A stretch of 62,358 nucleotides of DNA, from NCBI GenBank assembly GCA_964448235.1, contig CAYUWD010000001.1, positions 1 through 62,358 of the forward strand, read 5' to 3'. Below, piece by piece: positions 1 through 10,193 of the stretch (position 1 is its first letter; each line of letters opens with the position of its first letter). The translations under genes and the position numbers were made by a program. The notes below the pieces were generated by a model. That model was not told where the DNA came from. It ran no database searches and saw only the letters and a program-made list of their open reading frames with translations. This DNA is from an uncultured Bacteroidales bacterium. Lineage in GTDB: Bacteria; Bacteroidota; Bacteroidia; Bacteroidales; ML635J-15.

Positions 1-15
1 TTCCAGGTTGTGGAG

Positions 16-2931
16 CTAATCTGGGTTGCGGCAACGCCCACGTTGAGCAAGACATTCTAAGTTTCCCCACTCAGTATTGCCTTCAACATATGGTATAGGT
101 GTACCATCCGGATAGTGAGTAACTTTAAGATTTTCTGCCATCCATTCTTGTTCTCCAATTATTACAGTTGGATAAGTATTTCCGTCAATATCTGTTACAC
201 TCCCACCAATATTACTTGATACCCATAAATAATTATCTTTTGATTCAATATCTGTTCCAAATTCATTCTCAACGGTAAGGCTAATGTCATAGGTTCCCAT
301 AATGGTATAAATATGAATTGGATTTCGGTCTGTACTAGTTGATCCATCTCCAAAATCCCAAAACCAAGTTTCAGCGTTGTTTGAAAAATCATAAAACTGG
401 ACTTCTTGATTTATATATGTTAATGTATTGTCAGCTGTAAATTCTGCTATCACAGGAACAACTTCATCATAAACATCAACTTCAATACTAGCTTCGCACT
501 CATTTGCATCTTTTACATAAATGATATGTGTTCCTGTTACAACTACTGTAAAGGTATTGTTAGATGAATAGCTAACTTGATCATCAATAGAGAATTGATA
601 CGGTGCCTCACCACCAGAAACACCAACCTCAATTACATTACCCATCACATTAGTATTGATTATTAAATTTGTATTTTCACAAACATCCGTTGGAGCTACA
701 AAGCTTTCCGATGCATAACAACCTGCATCATCACGAACCATAAATAAATATGTTTCACCATTAACTATACTAATTTGTGGTACAGTTGAACTAAAACTAA
801 TACCATCTGTAGAATATGTATAAGGTGGTGTTCCCATAGAAGGTATTGGCTGAATAATTCCATCTTCTTCCGATACGACAACAGATAATGATGTTTGTGA
901 ACAATCGTTTGATTCTGTATATGCAGAAATTATAACAGGTGAATTATTGATATTATGTCCATCACAATCTAAAACAGAAACATCCAATTGAGATTCCTCA
1001 AGTCCTCCTGGTGTCCATGTAACACTTGCAATTCCTTCAGAATTCGTAAATACATTTATGCTATTTACGGTTCCACCATTTTGAGGCTCAAAGTGTACAA
1101 TAGCTCCAGGCACAATAATTCCGTGGTTTCCAATTACCTTAACAGTAATTTCTTGCTCTAATTCATTACCTTCTGAGTAGATTTGATTGTTACCGGAAAC
1201 AATCTCTATATTATGAGGAAACTGAAGGTTGTAAAATCCTTGTTCCCAAGTTTTACTAACATCAAATAAAGTGTAGCCTAATACTTCTGCTAAAGCCCCT
1301 ACAGTTAATTCACCACCAATATCCATACTTGCCTGCCAATTATCATTATAAAAGCAAAGGTTAAGCTCTTCTGTTATTCTTGCGTCAATATATGGTCCAA
1401 CAATGCCATAAATTTTAAATGTAATGTTTGGTCCTATATCAAAGTGCTGTGTCAAATCTCCTGTGATCTCAAAAGTATTATCTGTTTCAACAAATTCTTG
1501 TTCATCATAGATATAATCCCACTCACCGTCTTCATACTCTACTGCTGCAACATATTGTGATGTTTTGTTATATGAATGTGTTGCTTCCATTTCAGCACCA
1601 ACCTCAATTGAAAGATTACCATCCACTTTAAACTCAGCTAATATCCAGACAGGAACTCCACCAATTAAAAATACAATATTTTTAGGATAAGAAATAAGTG
1701 TGTAATGATGATCCAAGACACTTGTAGATGCTGTAGCTGATAGTACCAATTCATAATTTCGTTCAATAATTCCATTATACATCCCCATTTTAAATGACTT
1801 TAGTCTAAGCCTCTTATAATCAAGATCTGCTCTGAAATTTGGATTAAAAGAATATGAACCGTTTAGTTCTAGCATTATATTACCCAAATCAAGTATTGTC
1901 TGATTGAATTCTAAATCTATCAATGATCCACCGTCTTTCTCAGACATATTATTAATACTTACACCAGGGTGTACATATGTAGGTTCTGAATCAACAATGT
2001 AATAGTAGTTCCCATTTTTAAGTTCCGGATTTGAAATCAACTCTGCACGTGTCGGCATATGATTTAGTCTTTTGTATGATGATTTTTTTGATCCGTTTAA
2101 ACTTGTGTCAAGACTAAATGCCTGTCCTACATCGAATGCTCCGTATTTAGTAATATCTTCTAAACTAGATTGAACTGTTTGCATTGTGTAAACATCTCCC
2201 ACATTAGTAAAAGACTCTACTTTGCGCATAAAACCATTATTGATTAGTCCTAATAAAACTGTAGAATCTGTAATCTCAGGAACAGGATCGCTAAACTCAA
2301 TTACATACTCTCCAGCTTCTAACTGTCCTGCATCACTTGTTAGGATATCTGTTTCATCAACAACTACTAATTCATCTATATAAATATTTTCTCTAAATTG
2401 AATCTCAATAGTATCAGAACTAGTACCACAAACATTGGAAACTTCCCAAACAACCTGATAAATTGTATCTGTTCCATCAAATGCAGTATAAGGATCTGAA
2501 CTGTCCGTAAACAAACCTCCATTTCCGCTATAGACCGACCAACTTCCACTTGATGCACTATTTGTGCTTCCCATCATGACAACACTATTTCCCGGCACAA
2601 TTCTATCTGCACCTGCATTTGCTATTGGTTTTAATTGTACATGGCTTACTTCAGAATATATTGGAGGACATTCCGCGAATCTTACCATAGCTCTAAAATA
2701 TTTTTCTTCATTAGGGAAATACTTATAAATAGTATCGTTTGCTCCATGAATATTAATCCAATTTGTGTTATCTAATGAACTTTGCCATTGTACTGTACCG
2801 TACTGATAATTTGATGTCTTTAAAACTATAGTATCACTATCACCACACACATCCACAGTTTGTGCAAATATGCTTGAATTTGCTAAAAATAAAATGCAAA
2901 TTATATATATTATTGATAATACTCTTTTCAT
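16..2931 (-). CDS. Large secreted multidomain surface protein (Ig/PKD-like, Big_1-like, SprB-like, PKD) with a C-terminal Fib_succ_major (FISUMP) domain that appears truncated
   Basis: Signal peptide; PIANAGAD PKD-like start; GTPPYTYS/GGEAPYQFS SprB-like motifs; WFWDFGDG PKD; DIDGNTYPTVIIGEQEWMAENLKVTHYPDG FISUMP start. Similarity to paralogues stops after WGNLE (about nt 55). Confidence 0.8.
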   Translation of the reverse strand: MKRVLSIIYIICILFLANSSIFAQTVDVCGDSDTIVLKTSNYQYGTVQWQSSLDNTNWINIHGANDTIYKYFPNEEKYFRAMVRFAECPPIYSEVSHVQLKPIANAGADRIVPGNSVVMMGSTNSASSGSWSVYSGNGGLFTDSSDPYTAFDGTDTIYQVVWEVSNVCGTSSDTIEIQFRENIYIDELVVVDETDILTSDAGQLEAGEYVIEFSDPVPEITDSTVLLGLINNGFMRKVESFTNVGDVYTMQTVQSSLEDITKYGAFDVGQAFSLDTSLNGSKKSSYKRLNHMPTRAELISNPELKNGNYYYIVDSEPTYVHPGVSINNMSEKDGGSLIDLEFNQTILDLGNIMLELNGSYSFNPNFRADLDYKRLRLKSFKMGMYNGIIERNYELVLSATASTSVLDHHYTLISYPKNIVFLIGGVPVWILAEFKVDGNLSIEVGAEMEATHSYNKTSQYVAAVEYEDGEWDYIYDEQEFVETDNTFEITGDLTQHFDIGPNITFKIYGIVGPYIDARITEELNLCFYNDNWQASMDIGGELTVGALAEVLGYTLFDVSKTWEQGFYNLQFPHNIEIVSGNNQIYSEGNELEQEITVKVIGNHGIIVPGAIVHFEPQNGGTVNSINVFTNSEGIASVTWTPGGLEESQLDVSVLDCDGHNINNSPVIISAYTESNDCSQTSLSVVVSEEDGIIQPIPSMGTPPYTYSTDGISFSSTVPQISIVNGETYLFMVRDDAGCYASESFVAPTDVCENTNLIINTNVMGNVIEVGVSGGEAPYQFSIDDQVSYSSNNTFTVVVTGTHIIYVKDANECEASIEVDVYDEVVPVIAEFTADNTLTYINQEVQFYDFSNNAETWFWDFGDGSTSTDRNPIHIYTIMGTYDISLTVENEFGTDIESKDNYLWVSSNIGGSVTDIDGNTYPTVIIGEQEWMAENLKVTHYPDGTPIPYVEGNTEWGNLECLAQRGRCRNPD

Positions 2932-2935
2932 AATC

Positions 2936-3331
2936 TTAATTTTTGCTTATTACAATTTTGGTTGATACTCGTCCAACTTCAGTTGATAAACTCACCGAAT
3001 AAACTCCAGGTTGTAGGTCTTTAAAATCGAATGCTTTTACACATTTTTTTGACTCACTAAAGAACTTTTCTTGATACAATAATTGCCCTGAAGCATTTAC
3101 AATTGAAATTTCAAACCTACCAAGCTCTACCTTTGAATTGATTTCCAATTCAAATTGACCGGTATTTGGATTTGGTAATACAGTTACAGATAAGTTTTCA
3201 TTTTGCATGAATTGGTTTTGTTCAATACTTAAATTTGAACATGGATTTGGCAGTTCTAAACTGACTGATGTTTGTGCTGAAAGAAACTTCACAGCAATAA
3301 GTAAAATTAAAATAGATATTGTCTTTTTCAT
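2936..3331 (-). CDS. Small T9SS type A sorting (CTD) domain protein with only a ~25-aa passenger
   Basis: Signal peptide, then VLPNPNTGQF...VNASGQLL...LQPGVYSV...KIVI, the typical CTD signature. Confidence 0.85.
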   Translation of the reverse strand: MKKTISILILLIAVKFLSAQTSVSLELPNPCSNLSIEQNQFMQNENLSVTVLPNPNTGQFELEINSKVELGRFEISIVNASGQLLYQEKFFSESKKCVKAFDFKDLQPGVYSVSLSTEVGRVSTKIVISKN

Positions 3332-3342
3332 AATATAATTTT

Positions 3343-5643
3343 CTAGTTTTTAACACACCTTACAGATGTGCCATAAGACTTGTATGTAGTTGTAGTGCTT
3401 ATGTGGTTATTATACTGATTCATATGTTTTACCCTTGCTTCAGTTGCTGTTGAATTGGTGCTAGTCCACCAACTTGCAATGTCACCAGCACCTTCAAACT
3501 CTCCAGGGTCTGCAGTTCCTGTACCCCAACTTGATCTTCCTCCTGTCGGATAGGCAGCAAAGCCATAATAGTCATATCCATTACCTACCGCTGTGTTCCA
3601 TCCGGAAGTTGATGCTATTGCTTTTTGAACATCATAATATAATCCATTAGCATTAAGGTCATCAAAAATATAATAATTTAAAATATCCCATTCGTCTTCT
3701 GTTGGTAAATGCCATCCATTAGGACAAACTCCTTGTACCTGATTACCAGTAGATGGAACACCATTAGTTGCAGCAGCATAAGTGTATAATGCACCATAAC
3801 CTGTTGCATAAGATGAATTATTATTATAAAAACAATATGCTTTATCTGTATCATTATTCTCAAGATCTCCCCAATCTAAGAAATCAGTAACAAGAGGTAT
3901 TGGAGTCCCATCAGAATAATGTGTTGATCTCAAATTTTCGGACAACCATTCTTGTGTGCCAATTACGACACTTCCATAGTTATTCCCATCATAATCTGTA
4001 ACACCTCCTCCTTGCGAATAGAAGGTAGTTGTTGTGAATTGAACCTGATTACCATAAGCTGTTCCGTTAGCATTTGTTGCATAAGCTCTCACATAATAAG
4101 TTTGTCCAGGTGTTAAGTCTGATAAGGAGGAAATGAATACTCCGTTTCCAGAACCATTACTCGTTACTTCATCAGATAAATCAGGATTTGAACTTGTACC
4201 ATAGCAAACTCCCCGCTGTGTAACACTAGAACCACCGCTAGAGGTAACATTACCTCCAGTTTGAGCCCTAATATGTGCAATATCTGTTATTTCAGTTGTT
4301 ATTACGCTTGGAATACCTGTGTCCCCGGTTGTAAAACAAATTTCATTTCCATAAATTGTTCCGTAATAGTAAGTTGCATAAGCTCTTACATAATAAGTTG
4401 TATTTGTTTCTAAGCTACTTATATAGGAGTTAAAGCTACCAAAATTATCTCCCTCATTACTATAACCAATATTATTTTCAATAGTTGGGTATGACTGATT
4501 ACTCCAGCAAATTCCATACTGATAAGCATAACCACAAACATCACTAACCTCTCCACTGCAATAAGCACTGTTATAATCAATATCTGTTGCATTATTTGTT
4601 ATGACACTTGAACCGAAGGTTGTAAAAGAAATATTTTCTCCATATGCCGTACCGGCTCCATTTGTTGCATATGCCCTAAAATAATAAGTAGTTGATGGTA
4701 ATAAATATCCAACAAGCTTATCGAAATTTCCAGTTCCTGACCCACTAGCTATAATCTCATCATCAATAGTAGGATAAATATGAGTTGCATAGCAAAAGCC
4801 CTTATATGTTTCGTCATATAAGTCTAATGAAGAAACTACATTTCCATGTAATCTTACCGAATAACAACTTAAATCACTAACTGATTCTGTAATTACTTCT
4901 GGTAATAATGTCCCAAATTCTAAATATACTATATCATTATTTTCTGGTGTTAATTCGATTGTGTGACTTAAAAATAAATCTACTCCCAATGTCCCTGTTA
5001 ATGGGCCTGAGAATGCATAAATTTCTACAACATCTCCCGGTTGATATGACCATCCACTTTTTGAGTCAGAAATATTTTTAGTTGATAGCGTATTCTCTTT
5101 CATATTTTCTGAGAATACGTATTTATCACCTAAATCCAAAAGTTTGAAAGAATTACTTGCCTGTTTTGAATCTACTCGAACTATAACCGGACAATTATTA
5201 GGAATTTCTAACTCTATTTGATCAGAACCACTTGAAACGCTATATGATTTCTGATTAAGAATCTGACCAGCAAGATTGATTACTTTTATTGACAAATTAT
5301 CAGATTCAATAAAATTTGTCTGTAGATAAAATCTATTGTTTATTACGTCTATATTTAATAATCCAGAATCAAAACTATTATCTAAAATTCCTACTGACAA
5401 ACCAAATGTCCCGGCTGTTAGATTCACATCAATACTACTTAAGTCTGTTCTTAGTCCTGCAGTAGTAAAAGACAAATCTGAACCATTAGAAATATTTTCT
5501 ATTGTAATATGATCAAGACTTATTGGATCTGGAGTTACAGGAGTTGTTCCACTATTTACTGATTGTAATGTTATAATAACATCCTGTGAAAATAGGATTG
5601 TTGATAGCATTGTTGCTAAAATAATTAAATAAGTTTTTTTCAT
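3343..5643 (-). CDS. Secreted protein: internal CTD-like domain + 3 FN3-like repeats + Fib_succ_major tip (766 aa)
   Basis: ATG 5643 (MKKTYLIIL) preferred over 5670, which overlaps the upstream gene. YYxRAYA repeats x3; DYDGNNYGSVVIGTQEWLSENL...GWHLPT...SVRCVKN. Confidence 0.85.
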   Translation of the reverse strand: MKKTYLIILATMLSTILFSQDVIITLQSVNSGTTPVTPDPISLDHITIENISNGSDLSFTTAGLRTDLSSIDVNLTAGTFGLSVGILDNSFDSGLLNIDVINNRFYLQTNFIESDNLSIKVINLAGQILNQKSYSVSSGSDQIELEIPNNCPVIVRVDSKQASNSFKLLDLGDKYVFSENMKENTLSTKNISDSKSGWSYQPGDVVEIYAFSGPLTGTLGVDLFLSHTIELTPENNDIVYLEFGTLLPEVITESVSDLSCYSVRLHGNVVSSLDLYDETYKGFCYATHIYPTIDDEIIASGSGTGNFDKLVGYLLPSTTYYFRAYATNGAGTAYGENISFTTFGSSVITNNATDIDYNSAYCSGEVSDVCGYAYQYGICWSNQSYPTIENNIGYSNEGDNFGSFNSYISSLETNTTYYVRAYATYYYGTIYGNEICFTTGDTGIPSVITTEITDIAHIRAQTGGNVTSSGGSSVTQRGVCYGTSSNPDLSDEVTSNGSGNGVFISSLSDLTPGQTYYVRAYATNANGTAYGNQVQFTTTTFYSQGGGVTDYDGNNYGSVVIGTQEWLSENLRSTHYSDGTPIPLVTDFLDWGDLENNDTDKAYCFYNNNSSYATGYGALYTYAAATNGVPSTGNQVQGVCPNGWHLPTEDEWDILNYYIFDDLNANGLYYDVQKAIASTSGWNTAVGNGYDYYGFAAYPTGGRSSWGTGTADPGEFEGAGDIASWWTSTNSTATEARVKHMNQYNNHISTTTTYKSYGTSVRCVKN

Positions 5644-5654
5644 TTTGTTTTTGT

Positions 5655-7082
5655 TTAATTTTTTATACATCTTACAGAACCTGCATCGTTTTTTCGACCA
5701 AGTCCTGCATCAATTTTTAATTCTAGCCCAGTATTAACATTTCCTGTATATGCCTCATCAGAAATAATCTCATCACTAGCCCACCATTTAGCTATATTAA
5801 ACCCCCAAACAAACATACCTTGATATAAAGTACCACCAAAACGAATTCCACTATGTACTCCATTAAAACCAAAAGTGTTAATTCCATTGTTATCATCAAA
5901 CCAGCCCGAAATTGATTTTAAAGCATGTCCTTCATTACCAGAGTATCCGTTTGAACCAACGTAATCTTTAAGTTGCTGCCATTCTGCAGAGCTAGGCAAA
6001 TGCCAGCCATCAGGACAAACACCTTGTACTCCACTTGGGTTAGAGGAACTACTTACAGCATTATCTCCCATTGCTGCTGCCCATGAATAAAGTGCCCCAT
6101 AAGGACTACTTGTATTATTATTGTAGTAACAAAATGCATCATCAGTATTATTTGCAAGCAAATTACCCCATGTTATACCATCTGTTATGTAAGGAATAGG
6201 AGTGCCATCAGGATAATGTGTTGCTTTAAGATTTTCTTTTAACCAACATTGTGTTCCGATTTGAACTGTTGCATACACATTGCCGTTAATATCCATAACA
6301 TAGCCACATCCCGGAAATTCAGATGTTGTGAAGCTTTTTTGATTGCCATATGCTGTTCCAATATTATTCGTTGCATAAGCTCTGACATAATAAGTTGTAT
6401 TTTCTAAAAGTTGAATAATATTGCTTACAAATACACCAGAGCCACTACCATCAATAGTTTTAATATCAGCTATTGTAGGATTACTAGATGTACTCCAGCA
6501 TAAACCTCTTTCTGTAACAGAACTACCACCATCATCCGTGATGTTTCCACCGCAAGTTGCAGACACCGGTGCAACATTGCTTGGATTATCGGTTGTTAGA
6601 GTTGGGATATCAAGTGTTGTAAACATTTGTTGATTCCCATAAGAAACCCCTACACTGTTTTTTGCATAAGCTCTAACATAATAGATAGTTCCTAATGAAA
6701 GTCCTGTTAAGTTACAAGTAAAAGAACCCAAACCAATACCTTCAATTGTAAAATAGTCAGCAATTGTTGGATTCGAAGATGTACTCCAGCAAACACCACG
6801 CTCAAATATTTCTGCTCCTCCATTTTCTGTAATATTTCCACCACAAGTTGCTGTTATGCCTGTGATATCACTTACGCTATTTGTAGTTAGTGCTGCAAGA
6901 CTGAGCAATTTTCCGTTTTTATTTAACACTCCACTTGATGAAACCTCCCCGTTTTGATTTACAAAACTTGAACTTGTGTTAGTTTGCTCTCCTGTGTTTG
7001 TGATGGATTGGGAGAAAACAATACTACAAAAACATAACAAAATAAACAGAGGACTAATTTTAAATATATTGTTTCTAAGCAT
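5655..7082 (-). CDS. Secreted protein: 37-aa N-terminal motif + 2 FN3-like repeats + Fib_succ_major tip
   Basis: Signal peptide; two RGxCWSTSSNPT...YYVRAYA repeats; QCWLKENL...CPDGWHLPS...SVRCIKN. Confidence 0.88.
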   Translation of the reverse strand: MLRNNIFKISPLFILLCFCSIVFSQSITNTGEQTNTSSSFVNQNGEVSSSGVLNKNGKLLSLAALTTNSVSDITGITATCGGNITENGGAEIFERGVCWSTSSNPTIADYFTIEGIGLGSFTCNLTGLSLGTIYYVRAYAKNSVGVSYGNQQMFTTLDIPTLTTDNPSNVAPVSATCGGNITDDGGSSVTERGLCWSTSSNPTIADIKTIDGSGSGVFVSNIIQLLENTTYYVRAYATNNIGTAYGNQKSFTTSEFPGCGYVMDINGNVYATVQIGTQCWLKENLKATHYPDGTPIPYITDGITWGNLLANNTDDAFCYYNNNTSSPYGALYSWAAAMGDNAVSSSSNPSGVQGVCPDGWHLPSSAEWQQLKDYVGSNGYSGNEGHALKSISGWFDDNNGINTFGFNGVHSGIRFGGTLYQGMFVWGFNIAKWWASDEIISDEAYTGNVNTGLELKIDAGLGRKNDAGSVRCIKN

Positions 7083-7097
7083 GATTTCTTGTTTAAA

Positions 7098-9140
7098 TTA
7101 ATCCTTGATGCAACGTACAGCACGCCCGTCTGAACGTCTGTTACTGATCTCGTTAGCAGAGCTACTACCTATTTCCAAGAAATAAATATTGGCACCATTT
7201 ACAGTACTCGAATAATAGTTACCCCAAGACGAGCTATAGATTGAACCATTAAGGTAGTCGCGTACACCTCCCACTGTCAATTTAAGAGGCGAGGCAAAAG
7301 CACCCTCTGCATCATTGCTAACCCAACTTTGGCGTTCTGAAGTCCACTCTGTTTTAGTAGGTAATCGGTAACCACTTGGACAGGGGTTGTTGATACCACT
7401 TTCACCCTGCCAAAGATTGTCGTTTTGTGTGCTGCGCCAATCATCTGACTGGATAATAAAGTTAGAATGTCCAGGTGTATCGCTATTGCTTAATATTGTT
7501 GTTGTACCAGATGTTCTTAATTGGTGCCCATCAGAAGCACGACCCCACTGGTACAGGTCACCGTAAGAGTCTGCATCGGTACTACTGGTGGCTACTTGTG
7601 AAGCACCGAGATTGCGGTCAAGCCAACATTTATTAGAACTAGCTACTATTCCATATCCTGCTGGAGGTGTAATGCCTGCACAAGGATTACTTGTCGTAAA
7701 CGTAATTTGATTACCATAATTTGTGCCAACTGAATTAGTTGCATATGCCCTTGCATAATATGTTGCCCCAGGACTTAAACTGGTTATATTACTAGTAAAA
7801 CTACCTGTCCCCATACCATCCGTTGTATGAGAATCATTCGTTGTGGGATTCTGTGAAGTACTCCAGCATACACCTCGCGAAGTAACATTAGTTCCTCCAT
7901 CTGATGATACATTTCCCCCACTTATAGCAGAATTTGAGGTTATTGATGATGCTGAATATGTAGATATTGTTGGGGGTATAGTTCCTGATGTAAAAATAAC
8001 CTGATTACCATAACTTGTGCCTTCAGAGTTCGTCACATAAGCTCTTACATAATATGTTGTTCCGGGAATTAATCCCGTAATACTGCTTGTAAAACTACCT
8101 GTGCCGCTGCCATCTGTTGTATGAGAATCAGCTATTGTAGGATTTTGTGAGGTACTCCAGCAAACACCTTGAGCAGTTACTGGTATCCCTCCGTCAGAGG
8201 TTACATTACCGCCACAAGTTGCAGTTGTTCCAGCAATATTTGTTACCTCATTAGTACTAATCTCCGGCAACCCAGCTGTTAATGTCATAAAACTAACCTC
8301 ATCACCATAAGAAACTCCTTTCGCGTTTTTTGCATACGCTTTTACAAAGTACTCGGTATTGTAGTCAAATCCGGTTATATTGGCACTATACTCACCTTCC
8401 TGGTCATATCCGATATGGATTTGGTCTGCAATTGTTGGATTTGATACAGTATTCCAACAAAACCCACTTTGGGTAATGTTTAGACCACCATTGTCAATTA
8501 TATTTCCGTTAAATATTGCGCTATTTGTTGTTATATTATCAACAGATATTGTTTGAACATCTGGCAATTGAAATATTTTACCCGAAGAGCTGATTAATGG
8601 AGTGTTAGTAACTTTGCCATTTTCACCAACAAAATTATCACTAGTTGAACTTTCTTGCCCATATTTTGTAACAGCAGAAATAGGTTCATTACTAACTATT
8701 AGTTTATATCCCTTTAAAGTATCTGGGACCTCATAAGCCATTCCCAAGAAAGAAACTCTATAATCTAAAACAATTTCCAACTCATTTAATCCAATACTTT
8801 CGATTGCTGGCAAACCCTCAATTGTAAAACAACCATTTGTGTTTGCTAGCCAAAACCCAGAATTGGTATTAGCAGTAAATGATAGATTTGACGGTAGATT
8901 TAAAATGCTAAATACTCTAACAGAATCAACAGCAAGAGTATATCCCTGCAACTCAACTTCTGTAGGAATAACAGCATTAATCACTGTACTATAAGCCTCT
9001 CCAACAACAGCGGGAGGAATATTTATTATTGTGTCAGGATAAAACCCGGGATCTGTATAATTTAAATCCGGATTACATTGCGCATTTAAAACACTTTGTG
9101 CAAAAAATATTGCTATTATTATAAATAATAATTTTTTCAT
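7098..9140 (-). CDS. Secreted protein: Ig-like N-domain + 37-aa motif + 3 FN3-like repeats + Fib_succ_major-like tip
   Basis: Signal peptide; three stalk repeats; WLDRNLGA...GDLYQWGR...NPCPSGYRLPT...AVRCIKD. Confidence 0.88.
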   Translation of the reverse strand: MKKLLFIIIAIFFAQSVLNAQCNPDLNYTDPGFYPDTIINIPPAVVGEAYSTVINAVIPTEVELQGYTLAVDSVRVFSILNLPSNLSFTANTNSGFWLANTNGCFTIEGLPAIESIGLNELEIVLDYRVSFLGMAYEVPDTLKGYKLIVSNEPISAVTKYGQESSTSDNFVGENGKVTNTPLISSSGKIFQLPDVQTISVDNITTNSAIFNGNIIDNGGLNITQSGFCWNTVSNPTIADQIHIGYDQEGEYSANITGFDYNTEYFVKAYAKNAKGVSYGDEVSFMTLTAGLPEISTNEVTNIAGTTATCGGNVTSDGGIPVTAQGVCWSTSQNPTIADSHTTDGSGTGSFTSSITGLIPGTTYYVRAYVTNSEGTSYGNQVIFTSGTIPPTISTYSASSITSNSAISGGNVSSDGGTNVTSRGVCWSTSQNPTTNDSHTTDGMGTGSFTSNITSLSPGATYYARAYATNSVGTNYGNQITFTTSNPCAGITPPAGYGIVASSNKCWLDRNLGASQVATSSTDADSYGDLYQWGRASDGHQLRTSGTTTILSNSDTPGHSNFIIQSDDWRSTQNDNLWQGESGINNPCPSGYRLPTKTEWTSERQSWVSNDAEGAFASPLKLTVGGVRDYLNGSIYSSSWGNYYSSTVNGANIYFLEIGSSSANEISNRRSDGRAVRCIKD

Positions 9141-9151
9141 GATAAAGTATT

Positions 9152-10174
9152 TTAATAATAGTATTCTAATTGGATTCTATCACCAGCATCTAAATCATGA
9201 TTTCCATTGTTAACAGGGTTATACTCTAAACTTGTCCCTGTTGCCGTAAATGCCGAGTTGCTAATTCTTACACCATTAATATACAATTTAATAATACAAT
9301 TAGTCGCTGGAGTATTTGAAAGAGTAAATGTTGTTTGCCCTTCTGTTGCAGCAAATTCATCTACAACTTCAACTATTATTGTTTGCGCGTCTGTTATTCC
9401 GTATCCACTTAGTGTAGTAGGTGTAGATGTAATTTCTGACCAATCTCCTGTTAAATCGTCACTAGCATCGGTATCCATATTAGCGGGAACATCTGTTAGG
9501 TCGTTATAGCTGCCACTAAAATCATCTGTCGCATCAATATCCAAATTTACCGGAACATCTGTAAGACTATTATAACTGCCGTCAAAGTCATCAGAATTAT
9601 CAGTATCCCAACCAGTAAAATCTGGAGTATTTTGCACATCAGCCCAATCCACACTTCCACCAGCAACCTGCCCAGGCTCAAACTTACCTGTTATTTCATT
9701 ATATATAAGAGCATCCCCATCTTGAACATCAGTAAGATCTATATAAGCAACATCTCCTGCGGCAAATGCATAAGGCACAGAAACAAACTCTATTGTTCCA
9801 AGAGTTAAATCAAAGGAAAATGTATTAGTTGGATCATATTCTATTTTTAGAAACTTACTTGCATCTGCCCACGCAATGTTTTCAAATGTTCCAACAGTGA
9901 CATAATTTGCATCTCTGCCAATTTGGAACGAAAACGAACCATAAGCATTAGTTTGTAATGCACGTAATTCTTGATAAACAACAGTGCCCTCGGGAGTTTC
10001 TTCGAGAACCGACAAACGAATTTGAATATTCGTATTTACCATTGGATTACTTTCGGCATCACGTGCAATTGCCTGAAAATTAATTGCTTGTGGAACCTGA
10101 GCAAACAGGCTTGTTAGCCCAAAACTAAATATTGCTGTAAGCAATAAAACTGATTTTTGTAAAACTTTTTTCAT
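9152..10174 (-). CDS. Secreted protein with phage tail-fibre-like repeats
   Basis: Signal peptide; VPQAINFQAIARD N-domain common in Bacteroidota; 22-aa repeats with SGSYNDLTDVP; PTTLSGYGITDA motif. Confidence 0.8.
   Translation of the reverse strand: MKKVLQKSVLLLTAIFSFGLTSLFAQVPQAINFQAIARDAESNPMVNTNIQIRLSVLEETPEGTVVYQELRALQTNAYGSFSFQIGRDANYVTVGTFENIAWADASKFLKIEYDPTNTFSFDLTLGTIEFVSVPYAFAAGDVAYIDLTDVQDGDALIYNEITGKFEPGQVAGGSVDWADVQNTPDFTGWDTDNSDDFDGSYNSLTDVPVNLDIDATDDFSGSYNDLTDVPANMDTDASDDLTGDWSEITSTPTTLSGYGITDAQTIIVEVVDEFAATEGQTTFTLSNTPATNCIIKLYINGVRISNSAFTATGTSLEYNPVNNGNHDLDAGDRIQLEYYY
9410..9607 (-). repeat. Three tandem 66-bp (22-aa) coding repeats DxDxxDDFxGSYNxLTDVPxN
   Basis: DTDNSDDFDGSYNSLTDVPVNL / DIDATDDFSGSYNDLTDVPANM / DTDASDDLTGDWSEITSTPTTL. 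Confidence 0.85.
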
Positions 10175-10193
10175 GTTATTTTGATTATTATGA

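Noticed and set aside
1-55. Group II intron boundary at the truncation of the first gene
   Set aside because: No GTGCG 5' end and no domain V/VI signature on either strand.
9152-10174. Prophage or tailocin
   Set aside because: Only tail-fibre motifs in a signal-peptide protein; no capsid, tube, sheath, baseplate, lysis or integrase genes.
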